Shown here: one piece after another, positions 10,306 through 21,339 of the stretch
Layout: every line of letters starts with the position of its first letter
Numbering within the stretch: position 1 is the first letter of the stretch
Source: an uncultured Eubacteriales bacterium
GTDB lineage: Bacteria; Bacillota; Clostridia; Lachnospirales; CAG-274
DNA length: 64,000 bases
NCBI GenBank assembly: GCA_902469905.1
Contig: CABREJ010000004.1
Location: 108,554 to 172,553 of the forward strand
Direction: 5' to 3'
Translations under genes and position numbers: made by a program
The notes under the pieces: generated by a model
What the model was told of the DNA's origin: nothing
Databases searched by the model: none
Seen by the model: only the letters and a program-made list of their open reading frames with translations

Positions 10306-11211
10306 ATGGATTTAAAGGAATTTGAGTATGTTCTCGCTATAAATGAGGAGCGAAGTTTTTCAAAGGCAGCTAAGAAACTTTTTATATCTCAGCCATCTTT
10401 GAGCCAGTATATTAATAGACTTGAAGGTCAGCTAGGTGTTACAATTTTTGATAGAAACACTATACCTCTTTCACTTACATTTGAAGGAGAGCTTTATATT
10501 AATTCTGTAAAGTCAATTATGAATATTGTCACAAATATGCGTAAGAGCTTTGAAGATATTTCTAACTTAAAAATAGGTAGAGTTAATATTGGTCTTACAC
10601 CATCTAAGGCAAACAATCCTTTGCCTGCTATTTTACCAGTTTTTAAGGAAACATATCCTGGTGTTGAGCTTATTATTACTGAAAGAACATCATCAGAGCT
10701 TGAAGATATGCTTACTAGAGGTCAAGTTGATGTCTGTATGCTTAATTTGCCAATAAAGTCAAAGGGTATTGAGTATGAGCCAATTATGAAAGAAAATATT
10801 TATATTGCTGCTCCTCCAGACTATTGCCCACCAAATGGCGTTGACACAAGTGCTAGATACCCTCAGCTTGATATAAACGATATTGCTAATGAGCAGTTTA
10901 TCCTTCTTCACCCTAGTCAGAGATTAAGACAAATTGCTGATACAATGTTTAACAACGACAATATTAAACCAAAGATTTTACTTGAAACTGCAAGTATCGA
11001 AACTTCTCTAAGACTTTCTGCTGCTGGTATGGGCTTTAGCTTTGTTCCAGAGTCTGCAGTTAGATTTGCTGGATTGACTAATCCACCTAAATATTACAGA
11101 TTGCCACACGACTTAAATTGGACTCTTGTAATTGCTTACAGAGAAGGTGCTTACAAAACAAAAGCAGTAAAAGCCTTTGCAGAAATTGCTAAAAAGGTTA
11201 TTACAGAATAG
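10306..11211 (+). CDS. LysR family transcriptional regulator, divergent from decarboxylase operon
   Basis: N-terminal HTH (FSKAAKKLFISQPSLSQYI) plus LysR substrate-binding domain. Confidence 0.85.
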   Translation: MDLKEFEYVLAINEERSFSKAAKKLFISQPSLSQYINRLEGQLGVTIFDRNTIPLSLTFEGELYINSVKSIMNIVTNMRKSFEDISNLKIGRVNIGLTPSKANNPLPAILPVFKETYPGVELIITERTSSELEDMLTRGQVDVCMLNLPIKSKGIEYEPIMKENIYIAAPPDYCPPNGVDTSARYPQLDINDIANEQFILLHPSQRLRQIADTMFNNDNIKPKILLETASIETSLRLSAAGMGFSFVPESAVRFAGLTNPPKYYRLPHDLNWTLVIAYREGAYKTKAVKAFAEIAKKVITE

Positions 11212-11219
11212 GAGTATTT

Positions 11220-11822
11220 ATGTTGACCGTTCTTGATTTAGAATTTAATCAAGCCTATGATTTTGGAGATGACAGCAGTCAGGCTGAACCAAACCCAAAG
11301 TGTAGATTTGAAATTATACAAATAGGTGCTGTAAAAGTTGACGACAATTTTAAGGTTCACGATAAATTTAATATTTATATTAAACCAACCCTCTACCCTA
11401 GAATACACCCTTATGTTGAAAAAATAACTGGGTTTAAAACAGAGGATTTCAGCTTTTCTCCACGATTTAAAGAGGCTTATTCAAAGTTTAGATATTTTTT
11501 AGGCAATGATACAGTCCTCGGTACTTGGGGCTATAGTGATATTAAAGCCCTTTTTAGAAATATTACTTTTAACGATATTATGGAACCACCTATTATTATA
11601 AATTATGTGGATATTCAGAAAATTGCTACTAAGTATCTTAAGTACAATAGAGGTGGTGCTATTGGTCTTAAAAATGCTGTTGACGCACTTAATATAACTA
11701 TTGATGAAAATAAACATTTTCATAATGCTTTAGGTGATGCTTACTATACAGCTAAAGTCCTTGAAGCAATTAATCCTAAGGAATTGCCTGTTAGAATATT
11801 TAATTCTAAACATATAAAATAA
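11220..11822 (+). CDS. DEDDh 3'-5' exonuclease (DnaQ-like)
   Basis: LDLEFNQ (Exo I) and HNALGDAYYTA (Exo III H-x4-D) motifs. Confidence 0.7.
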   Translation: MLTVLDLEFNQAYDFGDDSSQAEPNPKCRFEIIQIGAVKVDDNFKVHDKFNIYIKPTLYPRIHPYVEKITGFKTEDFSFSPRFKEAYSKFRYFLGNDTVLGTWGYSDIKALFRNITFNDIMEPPIIINYVDIQKIATKYLKYNRGGAIGLKNAVDALNITIDENKHFHNALGDAYYTAKVLEAINPKELPVRIFNSKHIK

Positions 11823-11853
11823 CCGTTAGTATTTGCACTAACGGTTATTTTTG
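11821..11853 (+). terminator. Rho-independent terminator of exonuclease gene
   Basis: aaccgttagtatttgcactaacggtt then ATTTTTG. Confidence 0.6.
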
Positions 11854-11859
11854 TTTAAG

Positions 11860-11890
11860 CACAAAAAAGAGGTGCATTTCTGCACCTCTA
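11860..11890 (-). terminator. Rho-independent terminator of 11898..12452 gene
   Basis: agaggtgcatttctgcacctct hairpin; RC followed by TTTTTT. Confidence 0.6.
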
Positions 11891-11897
11891 ATATTAT

Positions 11898-12452
11898 TTA
11901 CACTTCTTCACCATTAATTTCAATATAAAATTCATCAAAATTAACACTTACACCATTAGTTCCTGTTCCTTCTAAGTAAACCCCCAAAGTCAACTTACCA
12001 GCAGTTTCTTCTGTAATTTCAACTTCTTTATGTTGATAAGCACTATTCCAACCCAATACTACAGAACCAGCGTTTAATATAGTATTTCCATTTTCATCTT
12101 TTAAAAATGCTCCACAAGCAGAAACTGCCTCTTCAACACGATTTTTGTCACCACCACAACTAGCTGCAAAACTAATTGAAACTACATCGCCCGGTTCCAC
12201 ATCAAAGTCTGATACAAAAGTACAAGACTCACTATGCTGACCATCGGCAGTTATATTTAAACAAGAAACATTCTCTAAAACTTGTCCTACAGTAAATTTT
12301 GTCCTGCTTTCTTGAGTACAAGTCCAACTACCCAAACTATTTGCAAAAGCACTGCTAAACATTGAAATTACTAAAATAATAGTTAAAATTAAAAATCCTA
12401 AACACTTTTTATTTTTCATAGGCTTTACCTCCTCAACACAAAACAAATACAT
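11898..12452 (-). CDS. Secreted hypothetical protein (signal peptide)
   Basis: N-terminal KKCLGFLILTIILVISMFSSAFA signal-like. Confidence 0.5.
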   Translation of the reverse strand: MYLFCVEEVKPMKNKKCLGFLILTIILVISMFSSAFANSLGSWTCTQESRTKFTVGQVLENVSCLNITADGQHSESCTFVSDFDVEPGDVVSISFAASCGGDKNRVEEAVSACGAFLKDENGNTILNAGSVVLGWNSAYQHKEVEITEETAGKLTLGVYLEGTGTNGVSVNFDEFYIEINGEEV

Positions 12453-12809
12453 TTATTGTTACATATACATTAAGTGCACCTTTTGTATACTGTAAGTATA
12501 ACAGATTTTATGTATAAAATCTATAGACAAATTCTATTATATTTCGACAAAAAATGCACCTTTTGTGATAATTTTACCTAAAATCAAAAACTTACTTGCT
12601 ATATTTTCAATTATTTGTTTTATAAATAATAAGTTTTTTGCTTAAAACACAAAAATATTATTATGTTTGTATTTTGTATTGCAAAACTTAATATATAATT
12701 AGCTACATATTCTCTTGTTTGCATTAATACTGTTTATCTTTTTTATATATTTTAATTAATCAGAATAATTAAAGACAGCTTTAAGGACGAACAGCTAAGA
12801 ACTATCAAT

Positions 12810-12856
12810 TTAGCTCCACTTGTAGGGGAGCTGGCACGAAGTGACTGAGGGGTTTC
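12810..12856 (+). repeat. Copy of ~45-nt dispersed element TAGCTCCACTTGTAGGGGAGCTGGCACGAAGTGACTGAGGGGTTT
   Basis: Near-identical to 35912-35957 (+) and RC of 30373-30418. Confidence 0.6.
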
Positions 12857-12934
12857 TACAAGTAATAAGTAATAGATAATATGTAATGCTATATTTTATA
12901 TTTAATAATATTATAAATTGAATATTAAGTAATA

Positions 12935-12968
12935 AATAAAAAAACTGAGGGCCTTAGACCCTCAGTCA
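12935..12968 (-). terminator. Terminator of lrgB
   Basis: ctgagggccttagaccctcag hairpin; RC followed by TTTTTTT. Confidence 0.6.
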
Positions 12969-12970
12969 AA

Positions 12971-13657
12971 TTAAACAAAAAGCTGAATTGCAACAACAGT
13001 TATAATACCAGCAACAGCTATTGAAAGACTACTCATTGCTCCTTCAACCTCGCCAATTTCAAAAGCCTTTGAAGTACCAACGGCGTGGGAAGAAGTACCA
13101 ATAGCTATACCCACAGCTACAGGGTGAGTAATTTTAAATATTTTACACACACTCTTACAAAATACATTACCAACTATACCAGTAATAATAATTGCAGCAG
13201 CAGCTACAGTATCAATACCACCTAATTCATCAGCAAGACCCATACCAATAGCAGTAGTAATGGACTTAGGCAAAAGTGAAATTCTTAAGTCTGTCTGAAA
13301 ATTAAACAAAATACAAAGAGCAAAAACACTAATAAGGCTAGTAAATACGCCAGCAACAATACCACCTAAAACAGCCTTATAATTATCCTTTAAAAGGCTT
13401 AACTGCTCATAAAGGGGAATTGCAAGACAGACAGTTGCAGGAGTAAGCAACCAGCTTAACATTTCAGAGCTTGTCTTAAACTTGTCATAATCAATATGGA
13501 AACAAAGCAAAACAAGTATAACAAATACTATAGAAATCAACAAAGGATTTACAAATCCGTTCTTTAACTTTTTATTTAAAAATACACCTATTGCATATCC
13601 TACAATACTTACGGCTATGCCCCAATAAGCACTTAAGGATAATATATTATTTACCAT
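12971..13657 (-). CDS. lrgB: LrgB family murein hydrolase modulator
   Basis: Polytopic, GTSSHAVGTSKAFEIGEVEGAMSSLSIAVAGIIT motif region typical of LrgB. Confidence 0.75.
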   Translation of the reverse strand: MVNNILSLSAYWGIAVSIVGYAIGVFLNKKLKNGFVNPLLISIVFVILVLLCFHIDYDKFKTSSEMLSWLLTPATVCLAIPLYEQLSLLKDNYKAVLGGIVAGVFTSLISVFALCILFNFQTDLRISLLPKSITTAIGMGLADELGGIDTVAAAAIIITGIVGNVFCKSVCKIFKITHPVAVGIAIGTSSHAVGTSKAFEIGEVEGAMSSLSIAVAGIITVVAIQLFV

Positions 13658-14006
13658 TTTTTTCGTCCCTCTTTATTATAAATTGTGTTACTCTACCTGA
13701 AACTACCATAACCATAATGGTTGTAAAAAATAATACAAAAATTAATGGTACAATGACAGGTATAATATTGTCAGCAACAGTAATAAGTTTAGCACCAGCA
13801 GGAATAAACATAAGAGGCATAACTGCAATAAGGTACTTTCCACTTTCATTTACCCATTCAAGTTTAATGACCTTAGTAATAAGCAAAATAAGCATAATAG
13901 CTAAGCCATAAATGCTTGCAGGAATTGGCAAAGGCACATAATTATAAATAAGCTCTGCCACAAATGTAATTGTAAGAATTACACCAAACTGAAATACATA
14001 CTTCAT
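13647..14006 (-). CDS. lrgA: LrgA/CidA holin-like protein
   Basis: 119 aa, 4 TM, VPLPIPASIYGLAIMLILL...FIPAGAKLI pattern; overlaps lrgB start. Confidence 0.7.
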   Translation of the reverse strand: MKYVFQFGVILTITFVAELIYNYVPLPIPASIYGLAIMLILLITKVIKLEWVNESGKYLIAVMPLMFIPAGAKLITVADNIIPVIVPLIFVLFFTTIMVMVVSGRVTQFIIKRDEKNGK

Positions 14007-14087
14007 AATACATCATCTCCTAAATTTTTACAATAAACATAGTATACTCCAGTAATTGCTATTTTTCAAGAGAAATTTCCATTAAAA

Positions 14088-14130
14088 ATAGACCCATTTC
14101 AGGGTCTATTTTAGTTTATTTTTATATACT
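14088..14130 (-). terminator. Terminator of 14155..15597 gene
   Basis: tagacccatttcagggtcta hairpin with T-tract on minus strand. Confidence 0.55.
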
Positions 14131-14154
14131 ATTCACAAAAAATTCTTATTCTTT

Positions 14155-15597
14155 TTATGCAACACTTACACCATTTGCAATTTCACAGCCAGGCTGTTTA
14201 TCACAGTTTTCGTCACCTTCATAAAAATCGTGTACAAAGCCACATTCATTGCAGTAACGGCTGTCAATATAACTAAATGTTTCTCCACATACTGGGCAAG
14301 TGTAATCCTCAACCATTGAATAGCTATAGCTATCATTTTGAGGCATAGCGTTATTTAATTCTTCCATACCAATTGCACTATTAACATCAATATCAGCAAA
14401 GTTATAACTATCAACAGGACTTAATGTTATATCAGCACTATAAACAAGAGCTGACTTGTTTTTATAAGAACAGTTTAATGCTATTTTTCTATTAGTTCCA
14501 TCATTATTAATATCATCAGTGTATGTAATATTTAATGTTCTAAAAATAGCTAAAAACTCCTTAGAATTTACCATAGATTTTAAGCCGTCCATAGCCTCCA
14601 TAACTTCTTCACTAGTTATGTTAGTGCCATAAATATCAGTATCATTTGGTGAAATAACATTGCCATACATAGCATTTGTTACAGAATTAATCATTAACAC
14701 ATAGTTATTAATAAGTTTTGTACTTTCTTCACTATGCTGTCTAATATAAGAGGCAAATCTATCACCTACATTAACAAAGTCAAAAGGCTTAAGCTCAAAT
14801 CTTGTGCCAGTTTCAGTTTTCTTAACACAGCCTGTGTCAAAATTCTTCAATATATCCTTTGCATCATTGTAATACTCAATACTCATATCATTAATATTAT
14901 TAACAATTGTGCTATTAGCTAATGATGAAGTAAAGTTTAACTGACCTAAAACATCACTATTGTAATCCAAAACTACATATTTTTTATCACCAAAGACATT
15001 ATCCAAAGCACTGTAATAATCTGACAAAGTGTCTGTATCATATAAGTAACCTAAAGCACCTAAAGTATACATAAGTTTCTTATCCATATAGGTTTTATTA
15101 TCTCTTACATAACAATTACCAACATCTAATGTTAAGCTATTAAACTTGCAAGTAATAGCCTCATCGGCTGTCATATTATCATAATTAACAGTGCCAGTTA
15201 CACCAATTTCCATATTAAATTGTTTATTTTCATCTAAGGCTATTCTCATTTCCTTTACTATTTCATCAATGAGTTCCTCTGCATCTTCATCAGTAATTTC
15301 AATGTTATCATAGTCCTCATCTTCATTATTTTCAGCATTTATATTAGAAAGCTGACTATAAACATCAATAATACCTTTACCAAATACAGTTGGGTCAATA
15401 GAAATCTTTACAGTTTCATTAATTGTGTTGATACCCTTAATATCGGCATAAATGGACTTATCAAAATGCTCCTTTTCTAAATCACTACAGCCAGAAAAGC
15501 CTAAAACAAGCATAACAGCCATTAATAAAGCAATTAATCTTTTCATATTTATCACTCCTCCTTTAAATATATAAATAAATATACCACAAGTAAACAA
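14155..15597 (-). CDS. Putative lipoprotein with C-terminal zinc-ribbon; true start probably internal Met (MKRLIALLMAVMLVLGFSGC)
   Basis: Lipobox LGFSGC; C-term CPVCGETFSYIDSRYCNECG. Confidence 0.5.
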   Translation of the reverse strand: MFTCGIFIYIFKGGVINMKRLIALLMAVMLVLGFSGCSDLEKEHFDKSIYADIKGINTINETVKISIDPTVFGKGIIDVYSQLSNINAENNEDEDYDNIEITDEDAEELIDEIVKEMRIALDENKQFNMEIGVTGTVNYDNMTADEAITCKFNSLTLDVGNCYVRDNKTYMDKKLMYTLGALGYLYDTDTLSDYYSALDNVFGDKKYVVLDYNSDVLGQLNFTSSLANSTIVNNINDMSIEYYNDAKDILKNFDTGCVKKTETGTRFELKPFDFVNVGDRFASYIRQHSEESTKLINNYVLMINSVTNAMYGNVISPNDTDIYGTNITSEEVMEAMDGLKSMVNSKEFLAIFRTLNITYTDDINNDGTNRKIALNCSYKNKSALVYSADITLSPVDSYNFADIDVNSAIGMEELNNAMPQNDSYSYSMVEDYTCPVCGETFSYIDSRYCNECGFVHDFYEGDENCDKQPGCEIANGVSVA

Positions 15598-15672
15598 AAA
15601 AAGAAACCGTTTTATAAAAAACAGTTCCTTTTTAGTATAATTTCACATATTATAATAAATATTTTTGGTAAA

Positions 15673-16908
15673 TTAGTATAAAGGATACTTAGAAACGAGC
15701 TTCTTAACTCTGTCAGCAGCCTCTGCCTTATTACCCTCATAATCCTTAGCAATTAAAGTGATAATATCAGCAATTTCAACCATATCTTCTTCAACCATAC
15801 CTCTTGAAGTTACAGCTGGAGTACCAAGTCTGATACCACTTGCAATACCAGGCTTTTCTGGGTCAAATGGGATAGCATTCTTGTTACAAGTTACGCCAAC
15901 TTCATCAAGTCTAGCCTCTAATTCCTTACCAGTAATGTGCATTGGTCTTAAATCAACAAGCATAAGGTGATTATCAGTACCACCAGATACAATGTTGAAG
16001 CCGTTTTCAATAAGTCTTTCACTAAGAACCTTAGCATTAGCAACAACCTGCTTAGCATATTCCTTAAACTCTGGCTTTAATGCCTCGCCTAAGCAAACAG
16101 CCTTAGCAGCAATAACGTGCATTAAAGGACCACCCTGAATACCAGGGAAAATAGCCTTGTCAATAATCTTTGCGTGTTCTTCCTTGCAAAGAATTAAACC
16201 ACCTCTAGGACCTCTTAAAGTCTTGTGAGTAGTTGTTGTAACAAAATCAGCATAAGGCACTGGGCTTGGGTGTAAACCAGCAGCTACAAGACCAGCAATA
16301 TGTGCCATATCTACCATAAGATAAGCACCAACTTCCTTAGCTACATCGTGGAAGAACTTGAAATCAATAACTCTTGAATAAGCACTAGCACCAGCAATAA
16401 TTAACTTTGGCTTATGCTCAAGAGCTAATCTTCTTACTTCTTCATAGTCAATAGTACCGTCAGACTCCTTAACACCATAAGGAATAACATTGTACTGCTT
16501 ACCACTCATATTAACAGGTGAACCGTGAGTTAAGTGACCACCGTGAGCAAGGTTCATACCAAGTACAGTATCACCAGGCTTTAATACAGCAAAGAATACA
16601 GCCATATTAGCCTGAGCACCTGAGTGAGGCTGAACATTAGCGTGTTCTGCACCAAAAAGCTTGCAAGCTCTCTCTCTTGCTAAATCCTCAACAATATCAA
16701 CCTTTCCACAGCCACCATAGTATCTCTTACCAGGGTAACCTTCTGCATACTTATTAGTTAATGGTGAACCCATTGCAGCCATAACAGCCTTAGAAACAAA
16801 GTTCTCTGATGCAATAAGCTCAATATTATTTCTCTGTCTTGTAAGCTCGCCGTCAATAGCTTCTGCAACAGCTGGGTCTACATTCTTAATTTCTTCAAAA
16901 TCATACAT
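15673..16908 (-). CDS. glyA: Serine hydroxymethyltransferase
   Basis: 411 aa; [17 protein letters not shown]-lysine region. Confidence 0.9.
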   Translation of the reverse strand: MYDFEEIKNVDPAVAEAIDGELTRQRNNIELIASENFVSKAVMAAMGSPLTNKYAEGYPGKRYYGGCGKVDIVEDLARERACKLFGAEHANVQPHSGAQANMAVFFAVLKPGDTVLGMNLAHGGHLTHGSPVNMSGKQYNVIPYGVKESDGTIDYEEVRRLALEHKPKLIIAGASAYSRVIDFKFFHDVAKEVGAYLMVDMAHIAGLVAAGLHPSPVPYADFVTTTTHKTLRGPRGGLILCKEEHAKIIDKAIFPGIQGGPLMHVIAAKAVCLGEALKPEFKEYAKQVVANAKVLSERLIENGFNIVSGGTDNHLMLVDLRPMHITGKELEARLDEVGVTCNKNAIPFDPEKPGIASGIRLGTPAVTSRGMVEEDMVEIADIITLIAKDYEGNKAEAADRVKKLVSKYPLY

Positions 16909-17046
16909 TATGTAAGTACCTCCTTATTGGAAAAAATATTAAATATATAATATACCAATTTTTAAATAATGTCAAACATTTTAGATATTTATTTTTTTAT
17001 GATTTTTTTATTTAATTCTTAATTATATTTACTTATTGTATTTGCT

Positions 17047-17439
17047 TTATTTTAAATTTTTAACATACTTTATTAGTGCATACTTATTATAATCATCTTT
17101 AGACAAATTATCATTATCAAGCTCTGGACTATATATATAATCATCACTCATACCAAAATAATCACAAATAGTTATATTATTTAGGCTTTCAGATGAATTG
17201 TTATTTTTTACATAATCCCTGACATATTCCCAGCCTAAATCACACTTTACAACCTTTTCACCTATTATATGAGGTACATACACATCAGACCATTCAACCT
17301 TTGTCTTTTTGTATATATCACAGTTTTCTGGCAAATTAATACTATCTATATGATTATGTACAGGTATTTTAAAAGCATTAATACAAAGCAAAAAAATTAA
17401 AGCTATAATTACAATAAGAGTTATTTTAATTTTTTTCAT
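17047..17439 (-). CDS. Small secreted hypothetical protein
   Basis: N-terminal hydrophobic signal; no recognisable domain. Confidence 0.35.
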   Translation of the reverse strand: MKKIKITLIVIIALIFLLCINAFKIPVHNHIDSINLPENCDIYKKTKVEWSDVYVPHIIGEKVVKCDLGWEYVRDYVKNNNSSESLNNITICDYFGMSDDYIYSPELDNDNLSKDDYNKYALIKYVKNLK

Positions 17440-17457
17440 TTTCTCCCCCTAAAGCTA

Positions 17458-18027
17458 CTACTTAGCCTCAGTTATAGCCCCAATTTCAGCTTCTGCCTCA
17501 ATTCTAAGCTGTTCCAAATCTGTGTTGCTAACAGGCAAATTGTTTAAAGAATTAAAGCCAAAATATCTTAAAAATTCATCACTTGTTCCAAACAAAATAG
17601 GCTTACCTGGTGCGTCAAGTCTGCCCTCCTCCTTAACAAGTCCATATTCAACAAGTCGATTAACAGCGTGGTCAGCACTTACGCCTCGTATTTCCTCAAT
17701 TTGCCCCTTAGTAACAGGCTGTTTATAAGCTATTATGGCAAGGGTTTCAAGCAAGGTAGTTGAAAGCACCTTTCTAACAGGGGCTTGATACAGCTTTTTG
17801 ATATAATTAAAATATTCAGCATTAGTACACATTTGGTAACCATCTTCAACTTGTATTATTCTAATACCTCTATTTTCAACTTTATATTTGTCAATCATAT
17901 TGCTTATTACAGTTTTAATAGTTTTTTCGTCTTGCTCTGTTGCATAAGCAATGCTTTTAACACTTACTATTTCTCCAGAGGCAAAAAGTATAGCCTCAAC
18001 AACGGATTCAAGCTCTTTTATAGTCAT
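17458..18027 (-). CDS. scpB: Segregation and condensation protein B
   Basis: 189 aa winged-helix ScpB pattern, downstream of scpA with overlapping stop/start. Confidence 0.85.
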   Translation of the reverse strand: MTIKELESVVEAILFASGEIVSVKSIAYATEQDEKTIKTVISNMIDKYKVENRGIRIIQVEDGYQMCTNAEYFNYIKKLYQAPVRKVLSTTLLETLAIIAYKQPVTKGQIEEIRGVSADHAVNRLVEYGLVKEEGRLDAPGKPILFGTSDEFLRYFGFNSLNNLPVSNTDLEQLRIEAEAEIGAITEAK

Positions 18028-18788
18028 CAGACTACCTCCTCGTAAGTAGTAATTGTAATATCATCAAATATTTCCTCTTGAATAATCTTGATTTTCTTTT
18101 CCTTAATAAGCTGAAGCATAGCAAGAAAAGTAGTGACTATCTCGTTTTTGCTACTCGCTCTATTAAAAATATTAAAAAAGCTAAATCTTCTCTTAGTATT
18201 AATAAGGCTAGTAAGCTGTTCAACCTTTTCCTCAAGAGTAAATTCATCGTGCTGAACTGAATTAAAGCCACTTCTTATTTTATCAGTTCTTAATTCCTGC
18301 CTTTTTAAAACCTCTTGAAAAGCCTTAAAAAGCATATCGGCAGTAGCTCCATTTAAAATATCGCTTATTTCCTTTGGCACATCTTTTCTTATTTGCTTTA
18401 TAAGCTCCTTGTCACTATCCTTGTAATAACAATAGCCTGCACTTTTTTGCATTACATTAAATTCTTGAGCAATACCCTTAAACTTTTTGTACTCTATAAG
18501 TCGTTTAACAAGTTCTTCTCTAGGGTCAATTTCTTCATTATTTTCGTCTACCTCTTTAGGCAAAAGAAGTCTTGACTTAATCTCAATAAGAGTAGCTGCC
18601 ATAATAAGAAACTCGCTTATATTTTCCATATTGTACTTGCCCATTTCATTAATATATGCCAAATATTGCTCTGTAATAAGGGCTATAGGAATGTCATAAA
18701 TATCAATTTTGTTTTTAACAATTAAGCTATACAAAAGGTCCATTGGCCCTTCAAATTTTTCAAGTTTAATTTCCATATCTAAATTCAT
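18027..18788 (-). CDS. scpA: Segregation and condensation protein A
   Basis: 253 aa kleisin-like ScpA. Confidence 0.85.
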   Translation of the reverse strand: MNLDMEIKLEKFEGPMDLLYSLIVKNKIDIYDIPIALITEQYLAYINEMGKYNMENISEFLIMAATLIEIKSRLLLPKEVDENNEEIDPREELVKRLIEYKKFKGIAQEFNVMQKSAGYCYYKDSDKELIKQIRKDVPKEISDILNGATADMLFKAFQEVLKRQELRTDKIRSGFNSVQHDEFTLEEKVEQLTSLINTKRRFSFFNIFNRASSKNEIVTTFLAMLQLIKEKKIKIIQEEIFDDITITTYEEVV

Positions 18789-18802
18789 AGCTTAACCTGC
18801 CT

Positions 18803-19432
18803 TTAAACAATAATATCAACAACAAAATTAAGAATAGGTGTTATCCAGCCAAGCAAAATAAAGAATATAACTGCTATTTGCAATGGCTTTTCATACTGAC
18901 AATATTTAATGGCAGCATTAGGACTTAAAAAGCATCTCAATATCCAACTGCCACTCATTGGGTAAACTGGCAAAATATTAAATACAGCTATTGCAGCAAA
19001 ATTTCTGGCTAAATAATAAATGGCTGTGTATACATAAGATAAAGCTCCATTATCTGGCACTAAAGTATATACAAACTTAAAAACCAAAGCCAATACCACT
19101 GATATTACAATAGGTGCTGAATAAGTAACTACAGTGCCTATTTTTCTATCCTTATAATTTCTGCTTGATGTTTCTGTTGGATTTGCCCAGCCGTAACCAG
19201 TAAACAAAAATAGCAAAAAGCCAATAGGCTCAAAGGACTTAGCTGGGTTTAATGTCAACTTACCTTGATTTTTAGGCACAGTGTCACCTTGAATTGTAGA
19301 CACACTAGCCTTTATAAATTCAAACAGTGTTGTAACTATTATTATAGTAACTGCATTAATTAAGTAATAAATAATTATATCCATTAAATCTCCCCTAGTC
19401 TTGAATACGCTTGAACTTCTTTTCAAGCTCAT
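18803..19432 (-). CDS. Hypothetical membrane protein (start probably internal MDIIIYY)
   Basis: Multiple TM helices; ORF 5' end overlaps mutL 3' end. Confidence 0.4.
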   Translation of the reverse strand: MSLKRSSSVFKTRGDLMDIIIYYLINAVTIIIVTTLFEFIKASVSTIQGDTVPKNQGKLTLNPAKSFEPIGFLLFLFTGYGWANPTETSSRNYKDRKIGTVVTYSAPIVISVVLALVFKFVYTLVPDNGALSYVYTAIYYLARNFAAIAVFNILPVYPMSGSWILRCFLSPNAAIKYCQYEKPLQIAVIFFILLGWITPILNFVVDIIV

Positions 19433-21329
19433 ATTTTGTCATTTCTATTATAGTTGGTCTGCCGTGAGGACAAGTAAATGGGTCTTGAAGGCTCAAAAGT
19501 CGCTGAATAAGCTCTTGTGCCTCACTATAGCTTAATCTATCATTGCCCTTAACAGCAGCCTTACAGCTCATCATAGCAATAGCGTCTTCCTTTGTATCAT
19601 ATATACTCTTTAAATTTTTATCAGCCAAAGTATCTACAATATCCATAAAAAAGCTAACATTACTTGGTGAATTAAAAACATAAGGCACTGCCCTTATAGC
19701 ATAAGTTCTTGCTCCAAATTCCTCAATTTCAAAGCCAAAACTTTCTAAAAGCTCCATATTTTCTTCAACAATTACTTTTTCACCCTCACTTAAGTTGACA
19801 GCAATAGGCTGCAAAAGCTGTTGACTAGATATTTGAGAATTTTTAAACTTTTCTGTAAAATCTTCATACAAAGCTCTTTCGTGGGCTGCGTGTTGGTCAA
19901 TTAAATACATACAGTTGTTTTGCTCAACAATCCAATAAGTTGCAAAAAGCTGACCTACTATTCTATAATTATTAAAGAAAGGTTTTCTTTTTTCTTCCTT
20001 TTGTTCATTTAATATAGGCTTTTCTTCTGGCTTTTCACTAATATTTTCTGTTTCTGCTGGCTTTTCTATTGGTTTTTCTTCATTACAATAAGGTTCTTGA
20101 TACACCTTATTTATTGCATTTAACACAGGATTTTTAGGCTCTGGGGCTTTTTCTGCAACAGATTGGTTAGAAAATATAGGCTTGTCATCGTATTTAAAAT
20201 CATTTTCAACAACAGCCTTTGTTTCAATATTTTCTGCCTTTTTTTCAACAGTATTATTAAAGGCTATATCCTCTAAAGTGCCTTGAACATTATCTGATTT
20301 TACTTTTTTAGGCTTATCCCAAGTTACCTCAGGTATAAGCTCTGTCTTTTTTAATGCCTTTAAAACAGCATTATACATAATGTCATATATTAAATTGTCA
20401 TCAGAAAACCTTACTTCAAGTTTAGTTGGGTGAACATTAACATCAACAGTATTAGCTGGCACTTTAAGATTAAGAGCAAAAACAGGGAATTTGCCAACCA
20501 TTAATTTGCCCTTATAAGCCTCCTCAACAGCATTTTGAACTATATTACTTTTTATATATCTTCCATTTATAAAGAAGTTTTCATAGTTTCTATTGCCTCT
20601 TGAAAGCTCTGGCTTTGCTATAAGTCCCTCAACAGTAAAACCATCTTTGCTATAAGATGTTTCAATCATTTGTGACGCCATCTGTCTGCCATAAATATAA
20701 AGCACAACAGATTTAACATCACCACTACCATTAGTCTGCATAATAGTGTTGCCATTATTTATATATTTTATAGCAATTTCTGGGTGACCTAAGGCTATTC
20801 TATTGACAACCTCTGACACATAGCCACCCTCTGTAGCTGGCTTTTTAAGAAACTTTCTTCTAGCTGGTGTGTTGTAAAAAAGGTTCTTCATTGCGAAAAC
20901 TGTACCATTGTTTCCTGCTGACTCCTCCTCCTTTTCTACTACTCCACCATTTATAACTATTTTGTGACCAACTTGACTATCTTTTGTCTTTGTAATCATT
21001 TCAACCTGTGCAACAGAGGCAATACTTGACAAAGCCTCACCTCTAAAGCCTAAGGTCATTATATCTTCCAAATCATCAAGTGTTCTTAACTTGCTTGTAG
21101 CGTGACGAAGAAAGGCTGTTTTAAGCTCCTCCTTAGGTATACCCTTGCCATTGTCAGTTATTTTGATTAAAGAAATGCCTCCCTCTTTAATCTCAACAGT
21201 AATGGAAGTAGCTCCAGCATCTATTGAATTTTCCATCAACTCTTTTACAACAGATGCAGGTCTTTCAACAACCTCACCAGCCGCAATCTTGTTAATAAGA
21301 TTATTATCAAGTAAACGAATATTATTCAT
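19395..21329 (-). CDS. mutL: DNA mismatch repair protein MutL
   Basis: GHKL N-terminus (AAGEVVERPASVVKELMENSIDAGA), C-terminal dimerisation domain. Confidence 0.9.
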   Translation of the reverse strand: MNNIRLLDNNLINKIAAGEVVERPASVVKELMENSIDAGATSITVEIKEGGISLIKITDNGKGIPKEELKTAFLRHATSKLRTLDDLEDIMTLGFRGEALSSIASVAQVEMITKTKDSQVGHKIVINGGVVEKEEESAGNNGTVFAMKNLFYNTPARRKFLKKPATEGGYVSEVVNRIALGHPEIAIKYINNGNTIMQTNGSGDVKSVVLYIYGRQMASQMIETSYSKDGFTVEGLIAKPELSRGNRNYENFFINGRYIKSNIVQNAVEEAYKGKLMVGKFPVFALNLKVPANTVDVNVHPTKLEVRFSDDNLIYDIMYNAVLKALKKTELIPEVTWDKPKKVKSDNVQGTLEDIAFNNTVEKKAENIETKAVVENDFKYDDKPIFSNQSVAEKAPEPKNPVLNAINKVYQEPYCNEEKPIEKPAETENISEKPEEKPILNEQKEEKRKPFFNNYRIVGQLFATYWIVEQNNCMYLIDQHAAHERALYEDFTEKFKNSQISSQQLLQPIAVNLSEGEKVIVEENMELLESFGFEIEEFGARTYAIRAVPYVFNSPSNVSFFMDIVDTLADKNLKSIYDTKEDAIAMMSCKAAVKGNDRLSYSEAQELIQRLLSLQDPFTCPHGRPTIIEMTKYELEKKFKRIQD

Positions 21330-21339
21330 TTATATACCT

